Of a DNA stretch of 15,845 nt, positions 1-7,064 are shown in pieces; within the stretch, counting starts at the first letter, position 1; every line of letters begins with the position of its first letter. Source of the stretch: Planctomycetota bacterium. GTDB lineage: Bacteria > Planctomycetota > UBA11346. The DNA is taken from contig JBBQSO010000109.1 in assembly GCA_038213805.1 (NCBI GenBank), positions 1 to 15,845 on the forward strand, given 5' to 3'. The notes beneath the pieces are model-generated. The model was not told the DNA's origin, did not search any database, and was given only the letters and a program-made list of their open reading frames with translations. The position numbers were made by a program, and so were the translations under genes.

Positions 1-2
1 GC

Positions 3-743
3 TGGTTTCGCGACGATCCGGCCGCGCACCCGGCGGTCGATGCGGCCGAGCGCGCGCGCATCGCCGCGGGCCGGGTGGTCCATCCACCCGCAAGCGTTGG
101 TGGCCGGCGTCTGCTGGCGCTGCTCACCAACCGCTCCCTGCTGCTGCTCTGCCTGGTCTATGCGGCCAACGGCTACGGTTTCTACTTCCTGATCACCTGG
201 CTGCCCAAGTACCTCGAGAGCTTCCAGCACTTCTCGCCGCTCGAGCTCCAGCTCTACGCCGGCCTGCCGCTCCTGCTCAGCGTGCCTGCGGACCTCTTCG
301 GCGGGCGGCTCACCGATGCGCTGGCGCGGCGCTATGGCCTGCGCTGGGGGCGCGCGGCGGTGGGCGGCATCGGCTACCTCCTCGCCGGCGTCGCGGTGGT
401 CGGGTCGACCTGCTGCACCTCGCCGGTGGTGGCGGTGGTGCTGTTCTCGTGCGGGGCCGCGTGCTCGATGGCCACCCTGGGCGCCACCTGGTCGAGCTGC
501 ACCGCCATCGGCGGCGCGGCCACCGGCACGGTTGGGGCGGTGATGAACTCGGCGTCGCAGATCGGCGCGTTCTGCAGCCCGCCGGTGCTCGCCTTCCTGG
601 TCAAGCACTACGCTGACTGGAAGATGCCGATTTACGTCATCGGTGCGCTCTACGTGGTCGCCGCGGTCGCGTGGCTGTTCATCGACGCGCGCCCGGCGGC
701 GCCGGCGGATGGCGCGGCGGACGCGGCTGTGCGCGCGGACTGA
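3..743 (+). CDS. MFS transporter, probably anion:cation symporter (sugar-acid transporter-like) family; 5'-truncated by the window edge
   Basis: The frame is open from base 3 (WFRDDPAAHPAVDAAERARI, like the central loop of ACS-family MFS carriers). About six hydrophobic helices follow, with YGFYFLITWLPKYL and a motif-A-like GGRLTDALARRYG. Stop TGA at 741-743. Confidence 0.85.
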   Translation, partial: WFRDDPAAHPAVDAAERARIAAGRVVHPPASVGGRRLLALLTNRSLLLLCLVYAANGYGFYFLITWLPKYLESFQHFSPLELQLYAGLPLLLSVPADLFGGRLTDALARRYGLRWGRAAVGGIGYLLAGVAVVGSTCCTSPVVAVVLFSCGAACSMATLGATWSSCTAIGGAATGTVGAVMNSASQIGAFCSPPVLAFLVKHYADWKMPIYVIGALYVVAAVAWLFIDARPAAPADGAADAAVRAD

Positions 744-857
744 CGGTCACCGCGGCGGGCTGCTGGCCACCTGCGAGAATCTCGCGCCTGCCCAGGGCTG
801 CACGCCCGCGCCATTGTCCCGCGCCCACCGCCCACACCATCCGCCCAGGAGCACGCC

Positions 858-1823
858 ATGATCCGTCGCCCACTGGGTTCCAGCGGCCTCACCATCTCCA
901 CGGTCGGACTCGGTGCGTGGGCGATCGGCGGCTGGATGTGGGGTGCGCAGGACGACGCCGACAGCATCGCCGCCATCCATGCCGCGGTCGACGCGGGGGT
1001 GGACTGGATCGATACCGCCCCGATCTACGGCTCCGGCCGCTCGGAGCGCGTGGTGGGCGAGGCGCTGCGGCAGCTGCCCAAGGCGCGGCGGCCGCTGGTG
1101 TTCACCAAGTTCGGCCTGGGCGACGACAGCGAGCAGGCGGCGAAGTCCGCGACGCGCGCGCAGGTGCTGGCGGAATGCGACGCCAGCCTGAAGCGCCTGG
1201 GCGTGGCGCGCATCGACCTCTTCCAGCTGCACTGGCCGGCGCCCCAGGACGTGGCCGAGACCGCGGGCGCCTGCGCCGAGCTGGTCGCGGCGGGAAAGGT
1301 GCGCTGTGTCGGCGTCAGTAATTTCACCGTCGCGCAGCTCGACGCGTGGGCGGCGACCGGCCTGCCGCTGCATGTGCTGCAGTCACCCTACAGCCTGATG
1401 CGCCCGGCGGTGGCGGACACCGTGCTGCCGTGGTGCCAGGCGCACGGCCTGGGCGCGATCGCCTATTCGCCGCTGTTCCGCGGCATGCTCTTCGGGACCT
1501 GGAGCGCGGCCAAGACTTTCCCGCCCCACGATTCGCGCAGCACCCACAAGGACTACCGCGGTGCGCGCCTGGCCCGGCACCTCGCCGCGATTGTCGAGCT
1601 GCAGGAACTCGCCGCCGACCACGGCCTGACCTGCCCGCAACTGGCCATCGGCGTCCTGCTCCGCACCCCGGGCCTGACTGGCTGCATCGTCGGTGCGCGC
1701 AACGCCGCGCAGGGGGCGGCGCTCGGCTGGCTGGGCGAGCCGGTAACGGCGGATCAGCAGGCCGCCGTGCAGCAGGTGATGGCACGGCTGAACGCGGATC
1801 TCGTGGGGATCCCCGAGGGTTGA
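858..1823 (+). CDS. Aldo/keto reductase
   Basis: AKR motifs GLGAWAIGG, IDTAPIYG (catalytic D and Y), FTKFG (K), SLKRLG..IDLFQLHWP (H), GKVRCVGVSNF and IAYSPL. AGGAG ribosome-binding site just upstream of the ATG. Confidence 0.93.
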   Translation: MIRRPLGSSGLTISTVGLGAWAIGGWMWGAQDDADSIAAIHAAVDAGVDWIDTAPIYGSGRSERVVGEALRQLPKARRPLVFTKFGLGDDSEQAAKSATRAQVLAECDASLKRLGVARIDLFQLHWPAPQDVAETAGACAELVAAGKVRCVGVSNFTVAQLDAWAATGLPLHVLQSPYSLMRPAVADTVLPWCQAHGLGAIAYSPLFRGMLFGTWSAAKTFPPHDSRSTHKDYRGARLARHLAAIVELQELAADHGLTCPQLAIGVLLRTPGLTGCIVGARNAAQGAALGWLGEPVTADQQAAVQQVMARLNADLVGIPEG

Positions 1824-1855
1824 GTCTGCGCTCTATCTGTCACCGCGTCACCGCG

Positions 1856-2158
1856 TCACCCCGGCAGCTTGGCCGCGAGCACGTCGACCTTCTCGATGGT
1901 GGGCGGTACGGCCAGCAGCTCAGCGGCGTTGGCCATGAGCGCGGCGGCGATCGGGCCGGAGAGGTGGGCGGCGCGCCCGCTCTCGTCGGCGAAGGCGTCG
2001 AAGATGCCGAACGTGGATGGACCCAGCCGCAGCGCGAACCAGGCGGTGGTCTTGGCCTCGGCGTTGGCCAGCGGCAGGGCGCTCGCCAGGAAGGCGGCGA
2101 CGGTGGCCTCTTTGCCGGGCTTGGCTTCGAGCTTGGCGAGAATTCCAACGGTGACCAT
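1856..2158 (-). CDS. Antibiotic biosynthesis monooxygenase (ABM) family / putative quinol monooxygenase, 100 aa
   Basis: MVTVGILAKLEAKPGKE...WFALRLGPSTFGIFDAFADESGRAAHLSGPIAAAL is a typical small ABM dimeric alpha/beta barrel. The start was moved to ATG 2158 (AGGAAG upstream); the longer 2425 ORF start looks non-coding. Confidence 0.85.
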   Translation of the reverse strand: MVTVGILAKLEAKPGKEATVAAFLASALPLANAEAKTTAWFALRLGPSTFGIFDAFADESGRAAHLSGPIAAALMANAAELLAVPPTIEKVDVLAAKLPG

Positions 2159-2396
2159 GGCGTCGCTTCCTGGGGATGGCTGATGATGCGAATGGGACGA
2201 TGTGGGTGTAGGGATGGGGGGGAGACGGTGCAATGCGATTCGAGATGGGAATAGGCAGGGGAGCGGCCTCATTCGTTCTGAGTGCAAAGGTAGGCGAGCG
2301 CCGTGCCCTCGCAGAACAGCGTTCGCGGAGGTGGATCTGCGTGGCGGAGGGTCCACGATCCGCCGCGTCAGCTCACTTCCGCAACAAGGAGGATTC

Positions 2397-2726
2397 ATGA
2401 TCGTCACCACCACCAACGACCTCATCGGCTACGAGATCGCGGAATACAAGGGCATCGTGCGCGGCCTGATCGTGCGCTCGCCGACCATCGCCCAGGGCAT
2501 CCTTGGCGGCCTGAAGAACATCATCGGCGGCCGCATCGGTGCCTACATGGAGATGTGCGAGCAGGCCCGCCAGCAGGCCTACGACTCGATCGTCGAACAC
2601 GCCGAACAGGTCGGTGCCAACGCCATCCTCGGCTTCCGCTACGACGCCACCGAAGTCTCCAGCCAATCAGCGGCGACCGAGGTGCTGTGCTATGGGACGG
2701 CGGTGGTAGTGCGCAGGATCGGCTGA
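2397..2726 (+). CDS. ybjQ: YbjQ / UPF0145 family protein (putative heavy-metal-binding), 109 aa
   Basis: MIVTTTNDLIGYEIAEYKGIVRG...GGLKNIIGG...EQARQQA...GANAILGFRYD...EVLCYGTAV matches the YbjQ pattern. AGGAGG at 2387-2392 precedes ATG 2397. Confidence 0.9.
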   Translation: MIVTTTNDLIGYEIAEYKGIVRGLIVRSPTIAQGILGGLKNIIGGRIGAYMEMCEQARQQAYDSIVEHAEQVGANAILGFRYDATEVSSQSAATEVLCYGTAVVVRRIG

Positions 2727-2756
2727 GTCGGTGCGCCGATCAGGAGGACCGCGAGG

Positions 2757-2933
2757 GTGAACAAGTACCTCTGGCTCGCCGCCGCGCTGGAGATCATTGG
2801 GCTCATTGGCGTACTCGTGGTCGTCACGAGCCCTGATCGGCGGATCGCGGCCGCGATCGCGGGCTGTGACCGTGTTGAATTCGATCAGGGTTTCCCGAGT
2901 GGTACTGCTACCGATCACTGTGATCGGCGCTGA
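2757..2933 (+). CDS. Possible small membrane protein (58 aa), hypothetical
   Basis: AGGAGG at 2742-2747, then GTG at 2757. Translation MNKYLWLAAALEIIGLIGVLVVVTSPDRRIAAAIAGCDRVEFDQGFPSGTATDHCDRR has an N-terminal hydrophobic helix. Absent from the ORF track, probably because it is short. No family recognised. Confidence 0.4.
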   Translation: MNKYLWLAAALEIIGLIGVLVVVTSPDRRIAAAIAGCDRVEFDQGFPSGTATDHCDRR

Positions 2934-3013
2934 ATGCAGCGCCGTGATGTTCCGTTGAGCGTTTGCGCGTTTGGAGTCGGCAGCTCGCGGAACTGGCGCC
3001 CGGTCTCCGTCTG

Positions 3014-4453
3014 TCACCTCGCGATATCCAGCACCACATCATCAATCACCAGCGCCCCCGCGCGCGTCCGTCCCTGCGTTGCGAGCTGCGCCGCGAAGCC
3101 GACGAAGGCGAGTGGGTAGCGGATGAGGCCCTCGCGGCCGGGCGCCGCGTTCCAGTGCCAGAGCGGGTTCGGCGAAAGCGGGAAAATGACATGCCGCCAG
3201 CCGCGCCGGCCGGGCTCGGGCAGCGGCTGGCGCCATTCGAAGAACTGGCCGTCGGCGTCGCAGAAGCGCACCGCGACGTGCTGCACGTCGGCACCGTCGG
3301 CAGACCACATGTCCAGGGTGATCGTGGCGGCGGCGCTGGAGGTCAATTCTGCAAGCGGCGCCCGTCGCACGCGGTAGCTGCAGTCGATCCACACGCTGTG
3401 GTCGGCCGGCCACGAGAAGTCGAGCGCCTTGCCGCTGGCCGCCGCGTCGGGCGCCACAACCAGGTCGAGGCCGGGCAGCTTGTCGTGGTAGCCGTGGCCC
3501 TCGAGGCCCGACTCCGCGCGCTCGAAGTCGTCGAGGACCAGGCGCTGTCCCGGTGCTGCCGGCGGCGCGGTCGGCGCCGCCTTGGCCACGGGCGGGTCGA
3601 CGCGGGTGGCGAACGCGGCGGCGGCCAGCGCGCCAACGACCGCAGTGCCGAAGGCGAGCATGGCCGCGACCTTGGCCGCCTTCGCCGCATGAGCCATTTT
3701 CGCCAGGGACGACACCTTGCCCGCGGCCGGCAGCGCGCTGGCCAGCGGCAGTAGCGGCGCCGCCGGCAGTTGCAGCACGAAGGGCACGGCCAGTCCGGCG
3801 AGGGTGTTGTCGGGCAGTCGCTGCTCGTCCACGCCCAGCATCTCGCGCAGGCGCTTGAGCCCGCGGTGCACCTTCACGCGCGCGTGATTGACCGTGCACT
3901 TCAGATCGGTGGCGAGGTCGTCGTAGGACAGGCCGCCGACGAGGTGCAGCAGCACCGGGCGGCGGTAGGCCTCAGGCAGGATGCCGATCGCGGAGTGCAC
4001 GCGCGCGACCAGCAGCGCGCGCTCGGCAAGATCCTCGCTGCCGGTGCCCGGACTGGTTGGCGTGGTGGCAAGCGCGGTGCCGAGCGGCCCGCTGCTGGCG
4101 GATCCGGAAGCATCCATGTCGGTGTTCCTCGGCGCGGGTGGGGCGATGGCGGAGGCCTGGATCGACCGCCGCTTCCGTCCGTGATCGATGGCGGTGGTGT
4201 AGGCGACGCGCATCAGCCAGGCGCGCGCGCCGCGCTCGGGATCTTCGCCCGCGGGGCGGAAGGCGAGCGCGGCGCGCGGCAGACCCATCCAGAAGTCCTG
4301 GTAGGCGTCGTCGGTGTCGTGCGCATCGCGGCTGCGGGTGGCGATCATGCGCCAGATGTCGGGGCCGTGGCGCTCGACCAGCAGCGCCCAGGACGTGGCG
4401 GCCCCGGGCCCGGACAGGCCGGCGAGGGCCGCTGCGGTGGGGGACTGGCTCAT
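3014..4453 (-). CDS. ECF-type sigma-70 factor with C-terminal extension (TM helix plus CBM11-like / galactose-binding-like beta-sandwich)
   Basis: Sigma region 2: LVERHGPDIW...DTDDAYQDFW...RAWLMRVAYTTAIDHGRKRR. Region 4: LPEAYRRPVLLHLVGGLSYDDLA...KVHRGLKRLREML. Hydrophobic helix KVAAMLAFGTAVVGALAAAAFAT (~3605-3673). C-terminal domain LVLDDFE...GKAL...DADGQFF...GWRHVIFPL...GALVIDDV. Start placed at ATG 4453; the ORF-track start at 4645 would overlap the divergent gene. Confidence 0.88.
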   Translation of the reverse strand: MSQSPTAAALAGLSGPGAATSWALLVERHGPDIWRMIATRSRDAHDTDDAYQDFWMGLPRAALAFRPAGEDPERGARAWLMRVAYTTAIDHGRKRRSIQASAIAPPAPRNTDMDASGSASSGPLGTALATTPTSPGTGSEDLAERALLVARVHSAIGILPEAYRRPVLLHLVGGLSYDDLATDLKCTVNHARVKVHRGLKRLREMLGVDEQRLPDNTLAGLAVPFVLQLPAAPLLPLASALPAAGKVSSLAKMAHAAKAAKVAAMLAFGTAVVGALAAAAFATRVDPPVAKAAPTAPPAAPGQRLVLDDFERAESGLEGHGYHDKLPGLDLVVAPDAAASGKALDFSWPADHSVWIDCSYRVRRAPLAELTSSAAATITLDMWSADGADVQHVAVRFCDADGQFFEWRQPLPEPGRRGWRHVIFPLSPNPLWHWNAAPGREGLIRYPLAFVGFAAQLATQGRTRAGALVIDDVVLDIAR

Positions 4454-4461
4454 GCTGGAGC

Positions 4462-4490
4462 ATAAGCGCAGCCCGGCCGCGCGCATTACA
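4462..4490 (-). promoter_or_regulatory. Putative ECF-type promoter for the sigma gene (TGTAAT-N16-CGCTTAT)
   Basis: On the minus strand: TGTAAT (4490-4485), 16-nt spacer, CGCTTAT (4468-4462), 8 nt, then ATG 4453. No SD sequence is visible, consistent with a leaderless autoregulated transcript. A matching motif sits on the plus strand. Confidence 0.5.
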
Positions 4491-4500
4491 GCCGCGCGGG

Positions 4501-4529
4501 TGTAATGCCGATGGGGTATGATCGCTGAT
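4501..4529 (+). promoter_or_regulatory. Putative ECF-type promoter for the first DUF1592-DUF1552 operon (TGTAAT-N16-CGCTGAT)
   Basis: TGTAAT 4501-4506, 16-nt spacer, CGCTGAT 4523-4529, 9 nt, then ATG 4539, which is in frame with the DUF1592 ORF. Confidence 0.5.
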
Positions 4530-4625
4530 CTGGCAGACATGAGTCCCCACCTCCATCGATCGCTTCGCGACGGCCGTGCCGTCAGCTCTTGGGGGAGGTC
4601 GGGTATTTTTATACAAAATTCTGTT

Positions 4626-7052
4626 GTGCAGACGCTTGCGATCATCTTCCTAAACGTTTTCGCGATCTGTGCCCCGGCCAGCGACAGCGCTCCTGCAGGG
4701 CGGTCCTCGACCGGCCAGCCGGACGCCGCGGCCGCGGTCGCGCTGGCCTACGCCCAGCGCATCAAGCCGTTCCTGGCCACCTACTGCCTGGACTGCCACA
4801 ACGCGCAGAAGCACAAGGGCGACCTGGACCTGGGCGCGCTGGGCGGCGACCCGGCCGCCCTCACCCGCACCACCCTGTGGCGGGACTGCGCCACCAAGCT
4901 GCGCGCCAGCGACATGCCGCCCGAGAAGGCCAAGCAGCCCAGCGACGCCGAGCGCGACGCCTTCGCCACGTGGGTACGCAGCCTGAAGGCGCTGTGCCCG
5001 CCCGATCCCGGTCCCGGCATGATCCGCCGGCTGTCGCAGGTGGAGTACGCCAACACCCTGCACGATCTGCTGGGCGCCGATCCCAAGGTCGCCGCCAGCC
5101 TGCCGCAGGATGCGGTCGGCGAAGGTTTCAGCAGCGCGATCTCACCGCTGCTGATGGAGAAGTACCTGCTGGTCGCCGACGAGGTGCTCGACCGGCTGAT
5201 CACCCCCGACCAGCTCACGGTGGAGTGGCGCGCGGGGCAGCTCGATGCGGTGGTCGGCGGCCATCCGGATGCGGGCCGCGCCGATGGTGCGGAGCGCCGC
5301 TTCAGCGGCCCGGGCGAGATGACGGCGACCATCGCGGCGCCGGTCGCCGGCACCTATACCGTGCGCGTGCACGCGGCCGCCGAGAAGGTCGCCAGTGCTG
5401 AGGCCGCGCGCCTGGCGGTGCGCATCGACGGCCAGGTGGTCGGCGAGGTCAAGGTCACCGCCGCGCCCAAGGCGCCGGGCACGTACGTGGTGACCTGCAA
5501 GCTGCCGGTCGGCCGGGCGCGGCTGTCGCTGCTGATGGCGAATCCCTACGTCGATCCGCCGCTCGCACGCAAGCCTGCACTGCCGGGCAAGCCGGTGCCG
5601 ACGCCGCCGGCCAAGCCCGGTGCGAAACCGGCGGCCCCAGGGCCCGCCGCGCCGCCCGCCGACGCCGCGCCGGCGCTACGCACGGTGATCGTCGACAGCA
5701 TCGAAGTGACCGGCCCACCCGCCGCCGCACCGTCGGAAGCGCAGCGGCGGCTGTTCGTCGCCGTTCCGGGCAAGGATCTCAGCAAGCGCGAGGCGGCGCG
5801 GCGCATCGCCAGCGCCTTCGCGCGCCGCGCCTACCGCCGCCCTGCGGCGCCCGATGAGATCGAGACGCTGCTCAAGGTCTTCGATCTCGCCGACGGCCAG
5901 GACGAGGTCTTCGCGGAAGCGATCAAGCTGATGCTCAAGGCGACGCTGGTCTCGCCCGCCTTCCTCTACCTGACCCCGGATGACGGCTCGCTGGTCGGCG
6001 ACGACGGCGCCATCGTGGCGCTCGGCGACCACCAGCTGGCGTCGCGCCTGTCCTACCTGTTCTGGTCGACCATGCCCGACGACGAGCTGTCCGCCCTGGC
6101 CGACGCCCGCACCCTGCACCTGCCCGCGACCATCGCCGCGCAGGTGCGCAGGCTGATCGCCGACCCGCGTTCGCGCGCGCTGTTCGCAGGTTTCGGCGCG
6201 CCGTGGCTGGGTCTCGACAAGCTCCCGGATCTGGCCGTCGACGAGCAGCGCTTCCCGCTCATGACCCGCGCCATGCGCGAGGCGATGTACGAGGAGGGCG
6301 CCCTGGTGTTCGCCGCGATCCTGCGCGAGGACCGCAGCCTGGTCGAGTTCGTCGACTGCGACTTCACCTACCTCAATGCCACCCTGGCGCGCGTCTACGG
6401 GCTGGAGGGCACGGTGACCGGCGCGCAGATGAGCCGCGTGCACCTGACCGACGGCAACCGCGGCGGCGTGCTGACCATGCCGGGCGTGCTGGCCGTGACC
6501 TCGCTGCCGACGCGCACCAGCCCGCCGCGGCGCGGGCGCTGGGTGCTGGAGCAGATCCTTGGCCAGGCGCCGCCGCCGCCGCCCGCCGACGTGCCGCCGC
6601 TCGATCGTCAGGCGCAGGCGGGGGCGGGCGGCGCCGCGCTGTCGCTGCGCGCGCGCACCGAGCGCCACCGCTCCGACCCGGCGTGCAGCGGCTGCCACCG
6701 CACCCTCGACCCGATCGGCTTCGGCCTGGAGGGCTTCGACGCCATCGGACGCTGGCGCGAGCACGACGACGGCGGCGCTGCGCTCGACACCGCCGGCGTG
6801 CTGCCCGGCAACCTCGCCTTCCGCAGCCCGCAGGACCTCAAGCGCCTGATCGCCGCACGCCGCGACGACCTCTGCCGGACCCTGGTCGGCAAGATCCTCG
6901 CCTACACCCTGTGCCACCGCCTCGACGGCTACGACGAGGTGGTCGCCGACGGTCTCGCTGCAGAGGTGGCGCGCGGCGGCTACCACTTCCAGGACGTGTG
7001 GGTGCGCGTCGCGACCAGCTATCCGTTCCTCAACCGCCGCATCACCCGCTGA
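4626..7052 (+). CDS. Secreted planctomycete-type cytochrome c protein with DUF1587/DUF1595/DUF1592/DUF1588/DUF1585 domains (copy 1)
   Basis: Signal-like QTLAIIFLNVFAICAPA. CxxCH motifs CLDCH (4785-4799) and CSGCH (6684-6698). Family motifs IRRLSQVEYANTLHDLLG, FARRAYRRP, LASRLSYLFWSTMPDDEL, RGGVLTMPGVL..TS...RTSP, and DPIGFGLEGFDAIGRWR. The start is uncertain: GTG 4626, ATG 4539 or ATG 4518, all in frame. Confidence 0.9.
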   Translation: MQTLAIIFLNVFAICAPASDSAPAGRSSTGQPDAAAAVALAYAQRIKPFLATYCLDCHNAQKHKGDLDLGALGGDPAALTRTTLWRDCATKLRASDMPPEKAKQPSDAERDAFATWVRSLKALCPPDPGPGMIRRLSQVEYANTLHDLLGADPKVAASLPQDAVGEGFSSAISPLLMEKYLLVADEVLDRLITPDQLTVEWRAGQLDAVVGGHPDAGRADGAERRFSGPGEMTATIAAPVAGTYTVRVHAAAEKVASAEAARLAVRIDGQVVGEVKVTAAPKAPGTYVVTCKLPVGRARLSLLMANPYVDPPLARKPALPGKPVPTPPAKPGAKPAAPGPAAPPADAAPALRTVIVDSIEVTGPPAAAPSEAQRRLFVAVPGKDLSKREAARRIASAFARRAYRRPAAPDEIETLLKVFDLADGQDEVFAEAIKLMLKATLVSPAFLYLTPDDGSLVGDDGAIVALGDHQLASRLSYLFWSTMPDDELSALADARTLHLPATIAAQVRRLIADPRSRALFAGFGAPWLGLDKLPDLAVDEQRFPLMTRAMREAMYEEGALVFAAILREDRSLVEFVDCDFTYLNATLARVYGLEGTVTGAQMSRVHLTDGNRGGVLTMPGVLAVTSLPTRTSPPRRGRWVLEQILGQAPPPPPADVPPLDRQAQAGAGGAALSLRARTERHRSDPACSGCHRTLDPIGFGLEGFDAIGRWREHDDGGAALDTAGVLPGNLAFRSPQDLKRLIAARRDDLCRTLVGKILAYTLCHRLDGYDEVVADGLAAEVARGGYHFQDVWVRVATSYPFLNRRITR

Positions 7053-7064
7053 CCGGAGTCCGCT

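Noticed and set aside
1839..1861. GTCACCGC tandem repeat (about 2.7 copies) at the convergent AKR/ABM junction
   Set aside because: Too short and GC-rich to be meaningful. No spacers, so not CRISPR-like.
2159..2425. Extended starts of the ABM ORF (2425) and the YbjQ ORF (2202)
   Set aside because: The extensions overlap each other. Both genes have good RBS and ATG at family-typical starts (2158 and 2397).
4454..4645. N-terminal extension of the sigma ORF to 4645
   Set aside because: It would overlap the divergent gene and the promoter-like motifs, and it precedes the recognisable sigma2 domain.
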